Below are positions 32,907-42,701 of a DNA stretch of 64,000 nt, piece after piece. The stretch is taken from IMG/VR virus record IMGVR_UViG_3300028591_000010, positions 32,001 through 96,000 of that record. One strand, written 5' to 3'. The notes below the pieces were generated by a model that was given only the letters and a program-made list of their open reading frames with translations, did not search any database and was not told the origin of the DNA. This DNA comes from a virus (Duplodnaviria > Caudoviricetes). The position numbers were made by a program, and so were the translations under genes. The stretch's first letter is position 1, and each line of letters starts with the position of its first letter.

Positions 32907-33383
32907 TTAATGATTATAATATACAGATTTGATTGTGTGTACAACCTTTTCTGTAAAACCATATTTCTTTGCAATATCCTTAGAGATTACGCCTGATTCT
33001 GTAGCGAGTATTTCTACGCTTTTACGAGTAGTTTCATCTCTATTACATTCTGTCATGAGATGCAAAACAAAAGAGGAATAATCACGTGTTTTCTTACATA
33101 TGGAAATATCTTCAGAAAAGTGTTTTCCAATATGTGCTACAGCGGCCACAATTTTCTCTTGTGATGAAGAGTCTTCAACAGAAGCGTGCACATGTATACT
33201 TGGAATCTTTTCTGCAGCTAATATAGCATCTGAAATTGATTCTGCATCTTTGTATACAATTGTGACATTATCAGTATAGGAGATAATACCATTATCAATT
33301 AATGTTAATACAAGAGCATCGTGTGCAGCTTGCGTCAATTCTCTACCGTTGTACAATACTGTGAGACAGCAAATCTTACTCAT
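32907..33383 (-). CDS. Hypothetical protein
   Basis: Likely start MSKICCL overlapping the upstream stop. Confidence 0.75.
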   Translation of the reverse strand: MSKICCLTVLYNGRELTQAAHDALVLTLIDNGIISYTDNVTIVYKDAESISDAILAAEKIPSIHVHASVEDSSSQEKIVAAVAHIGKHFSEDISICKKTRDYSSFVLHLMTECNRDETTRKSVEILATESGVISKDIAKKYGFTEKVVHTIKSVYYNH

Positions 33384-33918
33384 ATGTCGTTTCGATTTTA
33401 GTTCGTACTTTGTAGGTTTTGCCACCTATAGTAGTATCGTGCTGAGTATACTCAACTCTACCTACAGGTGCTGAATCAGGCCTATAAGGCTGACCACCGG
33501 CACTGCTGCTTGTAGGGGGGAGCACAGACTTTGTCGAATCAGAAGATGGTAAATTGTTGTATACGTCTTTGTTCGCTCGATACTCATACACTATACCACG
33601 TTTAGACACATGTCCTTCACGTTTAATACACACAGAAGCAACGTTCTTTAACACTTCTTCAGGCATAGTGTTAAATACGTCATCAATAGCTTGACCTTCA
33701 AGATATTTTGTTCTGAAAGCCAATACATCGTCCACACTGTTAAACAGCGGGTTGATGTAGTTCTGTACGCCTGCAGCTATCGTGCTGTCGACATACTCCT
33801 CAGTGACTCTGTCTCTGGAACCTAATCCGAAAACGTCTTTCTTACCACAGGAACTAATACCTATGGTAACAAGGGAAGCTATCATTAGCACCCCCAAACA
33901 ATACAGGAATTTTTTCAT
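33376..33918 (-). CDS. Lipoprotein
   Basis: MKK, hydrophobic stretch, then lipobox ISS-C followed by GKKD. Confidence 0.8.
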   Translation of the reverse strand: MKKFLYCLGVLMIASLVTIGISSCGKKDVFGLGSRDRVTEEYVDSTIAAGVQNYINPLFNSVDDVLAFRTKYLEGQAIDDVFNTMPEEVLKNVASVCIKREGHVSKRGIVYEYRANKDVYNNLPSSDSTKSVLPPTSSSAGGQPYRPDSAPVGRVEYTQHDTTIGGKTYKVRTKIETTYE

Positions 33919-34107
33919 CTTTGATAAATGAATTAAATAAAACTTATAGTTTGAATCCAGTCTTTAAGGAAGACTTTGAAAAGACCTACTTTAACCATCC
34001 CATGTTCATACTAAGAGATAAGATAAATCCTAATGTGAGAATAACAATGAGAATAGATTTAAGAGTTTCTTCTTTCATATTTAGTGAATTAAATTAATAA
34101 AAGTTTG

Positions 34108-34179
34108 TAGTCTCAAGGAGAGTCGAACTCCTCTTTACAGAATGAAAATCTGTCGTCCTAACCGATAGACGATGAGACC
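34108..34179 (-). tRNA. tRNA-Glu(UUC)
   Basis: GGTCTCA/TGAGACT acceptor, GTCTATCGGTTAGGAC D arm, ACAGA-TTTTCAT-TCTGT, AGGAG-TTCGACT-CTCCT. Confidence 0.92.
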
Positions 34180-34243
34180 GAATGCCCCACCGCTGTGGGG
34201 CCAATCAATTCAATTTATGGAAAAAAGAATGTCCGCTAGGACG

Positions 34244-34317
34244 TGGACCAGTCTGGGCTTGAACCAGAGACCCCCTGATTATGAGTCAGGTGCTCTAACC
34301 AACTGAGCTACAAGTCC
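34244..34317 (-). tRNA. tRNA(CAU), probably Ile2 (lysidine, reads AUA)
   Basis: GGACTTG acceptor, CCTGA-CTCATAA-TCAGG anticodon arm, TCTGG-TTCAAGC-CCAGA; paired G1-C72 excludes fMet. Confidence 0.88.
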
Positions 34318-34858
34318 AAAATAATCTATAATTACACGCGGAGTTTGACGACATAACTAATTTTCCTTTTATCGAAGCCTTGAACCAAATAATATAACAC
34401 GCTACAACATCTCTATGTTGATTATAATTATAGATTATATAAAATACATCCTACACACAATGCAAAAAAGCGCCAAGCACTGCACCCCCAACCTACCTCG
34501 GATGTAATAGTTCCCACAGTTGGTTTTGCACCTACGCACATTTCGCTACGTACTGTGGGTAGTCCTCATACTTCACACACATGTTTATGGCACCACGTGA
34601 TTTCATCTTATTGGACTGATTGAATTCAATTATGTACCCTCTCGTCATTATCAATACAGTATCATAGGAAGATTATGATATAATTCTGCCAAGACTGTGA
34701 ATATTCTTCCTTTATCACAGCAATGTTTATGATTTACAGGGCTTGAGGTTTCCTGTTATAGCTGACTTCTATACATAATTTGAATACATAGCTATTCTCA
34801 CGAACCGCTATGTAAAGAATGAATTGAACTAAAATGCCTAAAAAGCAAATAATATAGA

Positions 34859-35056
34859 CTAAAAGTCCGTAATTTCAATAAATATAAGAATTGATGCAAC
34901 AAGCAGAATAAATGCTACGATCACGAAAGCACCTGCTAGTGCATGAGGCAACTGATATAACCATTCAGGACAATGGTACATTGTTGCAAACATCGATAAA
35001 GATACTCCGAATAATAGTATTACTACAATTATTGGAAGATTGCTATCTTTTTTCAT
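34859..35056 (-). CDS. Small membrane protein (2 TM)
   Basis: Two hydrophobic helices; TAG stop. Confidence 0.65.
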   Translation of the reverse strand: MKKDSNLPIIVVILLFGVSLSMFATMYHCPEWLYQLPHALAGAFVIVAFILLVASILIFIEITDF

Positions 35057-35241
35057 ACTCTTACTAATATTATGTTATTTTCTATACAATCCAATTCTTT
35101 TAGATTACTACGAGTATCAATGATATTTGGACATTTTCGAATATCATTCAATGAACATCCTTGACATCCAAGCTCTCTCTTCCTTGCACGATATAATATA
35201 CCGTTTAACCAAAAGAATTGACCTGGCCTTGGTGTCTTCAT
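35053..35241 (-). CDS. Small Cys-containing hypothetical protein
   Basis: CQGC motif; ATGA overlap with the next gene. Confidence 0.7.
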   Translation of the reverse strand: MKTPRPGQFFWLNGILYRARKRELGCQGCSLNDIRKCPNIIDTRSNLKELDCIENNIILVRV

Positions 35242-35242
35242 A

Positions 35243-35656
35243 TCATACGACTTTTTGATCTACAACTATTTTTACGCACATTTCTCCACAAGATAGCATT
35301 TTTGTCTTGCTGAGAACAACAAACACATGGCGATATTCTCTCCATGCTGTTCTGAAACACACAAGCTCATAATTCTTATTGAGGAATGAGAGCCAATGTT
35401 TTGTAGCTGGATGAGATACGACCCATTTGCGTCCTTTAGCTAAATCCATTAGCATTGGTTCGCTTACCGTAAGAGTAAATATACTACAGACATGTACATT
35501 CTTTTTCAAGATTAGAATGTTTGGTTCATCTGTACCAATTACATCTGCATACACGCGATCGTCCTTAATAACTTGAATTTGCATATAAGGACCAATAGGA
35601 GCACCATCTGATGCTTTCCGTCTTATAATATCACCTACTTTCATACACCACGACAT
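35243..35656 (-). CDS. Hypothetical protein
   Basis: 137-aa ORF. Confidence 0.7.
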   Translation of the reverse strand: MSWCMKVGDIIRRKASDGAPIGPYMQIQVIKDDRVYADVIGTDEPNILILKKNVHVCSIFTLTVSEPMLMDLAKGRKWVVSHPATKHWLSFLNKNYELVCFRTAWREYRHVFVVLSKTKMLSCGEMCVKIVVDQKVV

Positions 35657-35803
35657 TTGTACGTTATGTATAGAAAAAGGGCAATAACTATAAGACCAAT
35701 CCAGAAACCTGGATCAAGTTTGTTTTTGTTAGTTGTTGACGTCATTTTCTAACTTAACATTGATTGTTAAACTTGGTAGGACATTACTCACCTTTCCTTG
35801 AGT

Positions 35804-36031
35804 TTATTTTGAGTATGGTCTCAAATAACAATTATGTGGAATTTCTTCCATACAACGTTGTTGAGTCCACTCATTAGTTGGACCCCAACCACCAATGAAG
35901 CATGGAATAGGATTATTATTTGCTTGACACATACAACATCTACGATTAGGCATAGATGCTTCTGTTATCTTATAATCCTTACCGTTTACTTGAATTATAT
36001 CTCCTGGTTTATTCATTTTCCTTGAACACAA
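35804..36031 (-). CDS. Small Cys-rich hypothetical protein
   Basis: KPGDIIQVNGKDY..CCMC, resembling 35053-35241; real start probably MNKPG. Confidence 0.65.
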   Translation of the reverse strand: MCSRKMNKPGDIIQVNGKDYKITEASMPNRRCCMCQANNNPIPCFIGGWGPTNEWTQQRCMEEIPHNCYLRPYSK

Positions 36032-36249
36032 ATCAGATTACCTTCTAACTTAGTACCTAACTTATTTGTTAGATCATTGAGAGATGCTACAAGAGCACGA
36101 TATCCATTCTCTGTTATCCCTTTACAAAATAACATAGAACTATTACCTGACTTGAAATAGACACGCTTACGGTCATTCCCGTAAGAGTCCACACGCTTCT
36201 TTTTAGGAAGCGGTGGATGCTCTTGATTTTGATGTTTTTGTGCTATCAT
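36013..36249 (-). CDS. Hypothetical protein
   Basis: 78 aa with ATGA overlaps. Confidence 0.65.
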   Translation of the reverse strand: MIAQKHQNQEHPPLPKKKRVDSYGNDRKRVYFKSGNSSMLFCKGITENGYRALVASLNDLTNKLGTKLEGNLICVQGK

Positions 36250-36665
36250 TTTACTATACCTATTATTATTACCCCAAACGTTTCTTTGAGATAATCAAAT
36301 AAACACTGAAATAGCTCCTCATCTGTAGGCTCATGTTCAGGTTCACCTGGATTATCATCAAGGTTGATTTGTTTAGCCCTATCTTCCTTATATAATGTAG
36401 ATAATAACTGAATGAGTTTAGAATGACTCATTGCTACATCTGAACATACTTCAGGGCTAAACTCTTTACCTCCATTGCGTTCAGCAATAGAAATATGAGT
36501 GTTGTTCTTAGTTTCAATGCGATGATTGATTTTCAAATCTCTCTCTGCATTTACTATACGATCCATGTATTGAGGATTGTGCATAATATCCTCAATCTTT
36601 GCTGGCACAGGGATAGAACTCCTGATAATAATGCCATCTTTACCATTGATTAGTAATGTACCCAT
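36246..36665 (-). CDS. Hypothetical protein
   Basis: 139-aa ORF. Confidence 0.7.
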   Translation of the reverse strand: MGTLLINGKDGIIIRSSIPVPAKIEDIMHNPQYMDRIVNAERDLKINHRIETKNNTHISIAERNGGKEFSPEVCSDVAMSHSKLIQLLSTLYKEDRAKQINLDDNPGEPEHEPTDEELFQCLFDYLKETFGVIIIGIVK

Positions 36666-36669
36666 TTTG

Positions 36670-36975
36670 TTATTTATTTAGTTGTTCATCAACTTGTTTT
36701 AGGTATTTTTTATATACCTTTCCTGATTTCTTAGACACTTTCAGGATATAGTGTCTACCTTTAGAGGACACATAGATAGGATATTTATTCCCATCTTTGT
36801 CAATGTAAATCATAGTAGTCTTATGACCACTATCAACTACTTCAACAAAAGCATTACCTTTACGTTGAACTTGTACACTTTGTGCTTTAGCACTAGCAAT
36901 ACATATGAAACATATTGCTATAATAGCCAAGAACGTGACTGTGTACTTGATGATTTGTTTGATACGATAATCCAT
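36670..36975 (-). CDS. Secreted hypothetical protein
   Basis: Signal peptide ending ASAKA-Q. Confidence 0.75.
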   Translation of the reverse strand: MDYRIKQIIKYTVTFLAIIAICFICIASAKAQSVQVQRKGNAFVEVVDSGHKTTMIYIDKDGNKYPIYVSSKGRHYILKVSKKSGKVYKKYLKQVDEQLNK

Positions 36976-38293
36976 TGTTTTAATTTTGATAATTATAAAC
37001 TATGCTGTGACATTTATTAAACCCAGCAACAGCATCAGGGTTGAAATGGTGAAATGATAACGATATCTTTTGCATATTCATCATCTTTTTCATAATGATT
37101 TAGTACATCTTCTAATGTCATACCAAACCAATATACAACATATATATTCATATTTAATTGTATTATATTCTTTCAAAACACCATGCACAGAGCTCCCGCT
37201 GAAGATGTGCATGATGGCGTAGGAGAAAAATGAGACAAATAAGTGTATTAATTACCTCAAATGAACTATCAATCGTATGTCACTATTTCACAATAGTGTC
37301 TCCTACTGATTTCAGAAACTATCATTCTAAAACACACAAATATTATGAATATCAATAGAACCTGCTAATTATACGACATAGGATAATAATAAAGCGGGGA
37401 ATGTGCACACGTATACACGCTGAATACACAAACCCCGCATCATACAGAAACCACACACAGTACAATGTATGGCTGTCCTTTCCTAAGGGACATTTGCAGT
37501 TTTATCGCTCTGCACAAATATCAACGCATTCCACGTACGATATTAACGCCTGTTTACTCATTAACTGTCGACTGAATAATGAGATTATATGAGCTTTCGG
37601 TATTACTCAAACCAGGAAAATATATCTTCACATGACCTGACTGCACAGTATACTGTACACATGTTGCACCTCTATTCCCTCAAGGTATTGGGAATTGCAG
37701 GAGTATCATCACACATTTGACTTATAAAACTACATTCGTCCTTCCCACTTCTCTCTTCCGACTTAAACGGTCTTTGTTGGTTAGATTCTGAATTTAATAG
37801 TCTTATCATACCAGATAGTACTGTAAGCACATGTAGATGTGATGCTTGTCAATCAGATGAACTGATTAAACAGGATACATTTATCCGCCCCATTTATATC
37901 GCGGACGGCAGATACTGCCCGCTTTTGGTTCTCAATAGTAGTATCGCTCTACATAATGTTCTATTTCAAACATTTAAAGAGATATGTGTTTTGATAACAC
38001 ATAATAATGTTCCTACGTATACTCTACAGGAATATTGAGCACACGTACATGTCCTGGCCAACGAGTTATTTCTCTAACATAATCATGATCAGCGATTGTC
38101 TTTGCCTCTTTATCGTACGTCATATACTATATAAATAAAGTTAAAACGTAAACAAGAGTAGCTGCTGCAACATACATATAGATGTACGTATTAGCTAGCG
38201 GATGAGAGTTTGATAATTTCTTCATATATCTTGATATATTGATGGATAATCAATGAATAGCCTATAAACATATATTCTGCATTAAAACTTAAC

Positions 38294-38334
38294 AAAATAA
38301 AGGTGTACACGCAGTGTTACCTGCGCATACACCT
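38294..38334 (-). terminator. Intrinsic terminator
   Basis: AGGTGTATGCGCAG-GTAACA-CTGCGTGTACACCT-TTATTTT downstream of the 38353 gene. Confidence 0.75.
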
Positions 38335-38352
38335 CATTGAACTTGTTCAGGC

Positions 38353-39006
38353 TTAGAACGCATCTTCATCAGTGTTGTCATTCGGGTCAGTTGGAGTCTC
38401 GACTGAGCGAGTCTGTACTGCCTTCTGATAGAAGCGGTCTTGCATCTCCTGACCTTTGACCTCGGGACTGATACCACCAACATAAATGGTCTGCGGCTTG
38501 CCGTCCTCGCCAGGAATGATACGCTCTACTTGTACAAAGACCCTGATAATCTCCTTGACGACCTTCTGTCCTTGCTTGTTTGTTACAGGCTGACCGTTGA
38601 CGTCGTTGGCATAACGAGCACCTTGCAGTTTGTATGGGACAACCATACCGCCAGGCACCTCGAGATACAGGTTCTTGATACGCTTCTCAGCACGTGAGCC
38701 AGACTCTGCGGCATCAAAGATTGCGTCAATGTCAACGATGAATCCGCCCTTTGCGTCCTTCATCTCTTTGCCCTCAGCATCCTTCTTGATGTACTCCTTG
38801 AGCTTCTCAAAATTTGATGAGCCCATATCGTCCTCGAAGATGATGTCACGTACTGGCTTAGCACGACCTGAATAGGTTGACTGATAGGTGAACACTGCGA
38901 AACGGCTCTTTTTGCCGTCACGATTCTCCTTTTGTGCCTTACCAAGTGAAAGTGCAATTGCCTCGTATGAACCAAGTTCATTTCCGTTAATAATGTTTGT
39001 TTCCAT
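38353..39006 (-). CDS. Early hypothetical protein (acidic tail DEDAF)
   Basis: 217-aa ORF with biased codons, its own upstream motif and terminator. Confidence 0.85.
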   Translation of the reverse strand: METNIINGNELGSYEAIALSLGKAQKENRDGKKSRFAVFTYQSTYSGRAKPVRDIIFEDDMGSSNFEKLKEYIKKDAEGKEMKDAKGGFIVDIDAIFDAAESGSRAEKRIKNLYLEVPGGMVVPYKLQGARYANDVNGQPVTNKQGQKVVKEIIRVFVQVERIIPGEDGKPQTIYVGGISPEVKGQEMQDRFYQKAVQTRSVETPTDPNDNTDEDAF

Positions 39007-39159
39007 AATGCAGTTTTTATTTAATTGTTAATAATTGAATTATCGAACATTTATTACTATCCGTTCTTTAATAGAAGACAATGTTTGGAAATTGAAACAA
39101 GCGAATTTGTGTAGTACAACATACCTGTATTTCTCAGATAAATGTACTACACAATTAAA

Positions 39160-39261
39160 TCAATCTTCATACTTTCTGAAGTGAGGTTCTATACTTACTT
39201 CAATTTCTACAACATCCTCAATTGGGACATTATACATTTCTGCAAATTGCTCTTTTGTCAT
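39160..39261 (-). CDS. Small hypothetical protein (33 aa)
   Basis: MTKEQFAEMYNVPIEDVVEIEV... Confidence 0.45.
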   Translation of the reverse strand: MTKEQFAEMYNVPIEDVVEIEVSIEPHFRKYED

Positions 39262-39331
39262 ACCTCTTATATTTATTGAATATGAATATAACGCTATGTA
39301 TTAAATAGAAGGAAAAGGACGAAACTACGCA

Positions 39332-39544
39332 TTACTGCGCAGCCTCGTACCTGATGTCCTCTACCACAGTTGCAGGCATAAAGCGAGCGTGTGTTTTGAG
39401 GCGAGCACGTTTGATGAACTCGAGTGCGTCCTCGATATTTGCACTTGGTACGCTGTTGTACCATTTGCCCTCAAACTTGACTGATGCATAATAAACAGTC
39501 GTCGCTTTCATTTCTTTCTTATTTGCTTCCATATTGTAAAACAT
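39332..39544 (-). CDS. Early hypothetical protein
   Basis: 70-aa ORF downstream of a motif copy. Confidence 0.7.
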   Translation of the reverse strand: MFYNMEANKKEMKATTVYYASVKFEGKWYNSVPSANIEDALEFIKRARLKTHARFMPATVVEDIRYEAAQ

Positions 39545-39854
39545 TTTAGTTAATAATCCGTCACTTAATAACAGAAGAGTTTTGGTTTTTGAAGCATAAG
39601 AAAAGGAGGGAACGAACGTAACTCGTTATAATCCCTCCACAACACGAACGGCGTAGCTAACTGGGTGTCACTATGCGTGTTGCACTTCCAGCCCCGCGAC
39701 AGATGTGCCGTCACATTGTTGTGAGAAGTTACGTTTCTCACATCCGTTAGTTATGAGAAGACAACGTTTGGCCATTGAAAGGGTACGGGGGTAGTTTCCA
39801 TTTGCCTATCGGTGGGGGAGGCGTTATGTTGCTGTTTCTCATCTTTACACCCAC

Positions 39855-39907
39855 AAAACAAAAAAAAATAAAAAAAATTTAGGGAAGCCTTATTCAGACT
39901 TCCCTAA
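39855..39907 (-). terminator. Strong terminator separating the recoded lysis cassette from early genes
   Basis: TTAGGGAAGTCT-GAATA-AGGCTTCCCTAA followed by long T tracts. Confidence 0.85.
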
Positions 39908-40114
39908 TTCTCTCTCCATAACATCACTTGGTCCATGTATCCAAGATGTTATTGTTTTACAATTTTCCACCTCTTCAGCTATCTCTAATGCTTGCTGAGG
40001 TGTTACATCTATGTCTTCTATATCTACTTCAAATGTAGGTCTTGTTCCCGGTTCTGCTCCGTTATTTAGGATGCAGAAGGATAGCTTTATTCCGCTTTTC
40101 TTAGTCCTCTTCAT
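39890..40114 (-). CDS. Hypothetical protein
   Basis: 74-aa ORF; its stop lies within the terminator hairpin. Confidence 0.65.
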   Translation of the reverse strand: MKRTKKSGIKLSFCILNNGAEPGTRPTFEVDIEDIDVTPQQALEIAEEVENCKTITSWIHGPSDVMERELGKSE

Positions 40115-40319
40115 ACGCTCCCATAAGGAATATTGTTTCTCCGATACTATTTGTATTAACTGTTACCGATTTTACTGGCTATATTGTACCATCTGGATGG
40201 TGTACATACACAACAGCATCCTTAGCTTTGTCTCTAAGTATATTTAAAGATGTTATGATCTAGTCTGCTGTCATTCCGTCACCTTTATGGAGACCTTTAA
40301 TTTTTACTTCATCTTCCAT
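40101..40319 (-). CDS. Hypothetical protein, 72 aa with two TAG=Gln
   Basis: MEDEVKIKGLHKGDGMTAD*IITSL..GTI*PVKSV..AYEED-TAA fills the gap and overlaps the next start. Confidence 0.65.
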
Positions 40320-40406
40320 AACATTTTCCGTCTAACCCACAATGTGAATATTGCTCTCCCTCTGTCTCTAAGACATCAGCCTCTATTGGCTCAAAATCAT
40401 CCATAC

Positions 40407-41060
40407 TTACTTCTTCCTAATTATTATCTTAAACAACAGTTTTACGAATTCCCATATGAAATACAGGGGATTAGGCCTTGACTCTTTTGAGGAGTTCCCT
40501 GAAGTGGAATTTTCTTCCCCAGGAACCACAACTTCTCCTGATTCTACCACAGGTTGTTCCAAAACCACTTCTTCACTTTCTTCGACAGGTTCTTGTACTT
40601 CCTCTGGCTCTGGTTTTGCGAATTCATCTTCAGCTAATACGTTATTCCACCATTCTTTAACATTGAAACATGGGCACATCTTATGCCAGTCTTTAGGGTT
40701 AGGTCCCCATATATCCCTATGTCCTAGGATTTCAGCGTCTGGGTAGCGCGAGTGTAAGTCTTTTAATATGGACGCTAGAGCTTGTTTTTGGGCATCCGTG
40801 CGATTATCTACAGCTCTTCCTTGCTTATCAACCCCTCCAATATAGCAGACATTGATTGAGGTGCTGTTGTATCCAGCTACTCCGTTTGAAGGTTTGTCTT
40901 CGGGCTGTAAAGGTACTATCTCTCCATCTGGCTTTATGATATAATGGTAACCTGGATTAGTCCATTTGTTGTGGTTTTTCCAGTATTTTTGTATCTCTGC
41001 AACTGTCTATGTCTGTGGACCTGCCGTGCAATGCACGAATATCCTTTTTATTTTCCTCAT
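40407..41060 (-). CDS. Endolysin, N-acetylmuramoyl-L-alanine amidase (T7 lysozyme/Amidase_2 type), one in-frame TAG
   Basis: MRKIKRIFVHCTAGPQT*TV..GYHYII..GYNSTSINVCYIGG..ILGHRD..KMCPCF; TAG at 41007-41009; acidic linker and amphipathic C-terminal tail. Confidence 0.9.
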
Positions 41061-41244
41061 CTTCAAAGAAATCTATTAATCCTTTACGTACTTTTTCGTT
41101 TTTTATGGGCTCTAATATATAATCCCAGCTACTTCCAAGCTTATGCCTATATATTATCTCCTGTTTGTCCTCTTCAGACAGCCCAAATTCGTCATTATCA
41201 GCACTAATTATGCTCACATAGACGTAGTTTTTAAGTTCATCCAT
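40957..41244 (-). CDS. Hypothetical protein overlapping the endolysin start
   Basis: Likely start MDELKN overlapping the upstream stop; 104-nt overlap with the amidase. Confidence 0.55.
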   Translation of the reverse strand: MDELKNYVYVSIISADNDEFGLSEEDKQEIIYRHKLGSSWDYILEPIKNEKVRKGLIDFFEDEENKKDIRALHGRSTDIDSCRDTKILEKPQQMD

Positions 41245-41593
41245 TGACTTCTTCAATTGGTTCAACATATTCATCCATTACAGTCTCTTTTTCCTCATTC
41301 TCAACCTCAGCTTTAAGCTCTTCCATAGCCTTCTTTATCTCATCTTGAGTAGTATTCTGCATATGTGGCATCAACTCTGGGTGTAAGAGGTATTGATTGA
41401 AGATATATGACTGTAAATTACGTATATAAGTATTATAAATACTTACTTTAGGGTCTTTAGGGTCTAATTCCTTCAGTTTTTCCTTATAAGAATCAATCTT
41501 TTGCTGTGCCGATTCTATCCTCATTTGCTCGACATCTCCTGCTTTACGGATAATTTCTCCGTCTATATCGTATATATTACTATCAGTCGTCAT
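41237..41593 (-). CDS. Hypothetical protein
   Basis: 118-aa ORF. Confidence 0.75.
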   Translation of the reverse strand: MTTDSNIYDIDGEIIRKAGDVEQMRIESAQQKIDSYKEKLKELDPKDPKVSIYNTYIRNLQSYIFNQYLLHPELMPHMQNTTQDEIKKAMEELKAEVENEEKETVMDEYVEPIEEVNG

Positions 41594-41628
41594 AAAAGTG
41601 ATTTTTTAGTCTATTTGCGGTGTCCCGC

Positions 41629-42129
41629 TTAATTTTCTCGTAAGCTTCTAACCAAGCCTGGTCTTCCAAGCATTCTTTCAGCGTGGTATACATACTTCGT
41701 ACATTCTATTTTTTGGGGGTCTCCATCTTCATTGATTGCTGTATGGTAGAATATCTAATCATTCTTCCAAGTGTTATACATGTTGAATGCCTATTTACGT
41801 TCATGTTTGCTTGAATATTGGTGTATACAGTTCAACATTCGTATAGCATCTACACAACCACATGCTTTTATACAACAAATCTCATCAATGAAGGTTTCAA
41901 CTCCTTCTTCTCCGTACTTGTCTTTTATAATTGAATATTCTGCTAGTGCCTATTGGAAATACTTGTTCTAAGCGTCATATTCAGGTTCAAGGCCTAGTAT
42001 AAATGCACTGTTTATAGGGACTCCATGAATATAGAAATACTTACAATTATCTGTTACAGGCTATCCTATATCCTTCAAGCTTAAGAAATCTGAGTAAAAT
42101 AGTATGGCATTCAGTTCTATATGATTCAT
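41629..42129 (-). CDS. Hypothetical protein, 166 aa with five TAG=Gln
   Basis: ATGA overlap at 42126-42129; open to TAA 41629 when TAG is read through (MNHIELNAILFYSDFLSLKDIG*PVTDNCKYFYIHG...). Confidence 0.75.
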
Positions 42130-42545
42130 TTAGTTAACGTTTTGTATATACATTCCGTAACCCAGCCTAATAGATAAGCAAGTAACTCATTACTATCGTC
42201 TTTAAAGACTTCTTCTCCGATTTTCGAATATATTCTCATACAAACATGTAGAGCTTCATGAGCACAAGTATTTACTAAATCTACTCTTTTATCTATCCCT
42301 GCAATTTCATATGGATGATTATATTTGACTAATATTATAGCTCTATTAGTCTTTCGATCATAGCCAGATTGAGTAAAGCATATACAATCATCATCTTCAA
42401 AGTCTTTATCGTCTATAGTCTTATAACGTTTATTTATCTGTTCAATAGTTGTATGTTTATTAGCAACTACTAGATCTACGTTATATACTGTAGGGTATAC
42501 ATCTATTATACTCTTCTTCTTAGTCTTACTATTTCTGTTAAGCAT
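42126..42545 (-). CDS. Zincin-like metalloprotein (HEALH)
   Basis: CAHEALHVC..NELLAYLLGW. Confidence 0.7.
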   Translation of the reverse strand: MLNRNSKTKKKSIIDVYPTVYNVDLVVANKHTTIEQINKRYKTIDDKDFEDDDCICFTQSGYDRKTNRAIILVKYNHPYEIAGIDKRVDLVNTCAHEALHVCMRIYSKIGEEVFKDDSNELLAYLLGWVTECIYKTLTK

Positions 42546-42591
42546 TATATAATATATATTAGGGGGTTCTTAGGGGGAATTTTTGTCCTAT

Positions 42592-42671
42592 TAACGTAAA
42601 AACAGCCAAATCGGCTGCATTTTAAAAATTTTTATACTATTTTGCAACCACTTTAGTAAAAGTATACGTTA
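42592..42671. promoter_or_regulatory. Divergent ECF-sigma-type late promoter pair
   Basis: + GCAACC-N15-TACGTTA (42644-42671); - GCAGCC-N14-TACGTTA (42618-42592). Confidence 0.7.
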
Positions 42672-42701
42672 TGCCGGCGAAATTTGAGAAAAACAAATAG
42701 T

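Larger units (their letters stand above)
39059..39780 (-). promoter_or_regulatory. Three copies of a 30-bp candidate early promoter motif
   Basis: + strand ATCCGT..TTA..AGAAGA..TTTGG-N3-TTGAA at 39059-39088, 39556-39585 and 39742-39771, with identical ATCCG-to-TTTGG spacing. Confidence 0.6.
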
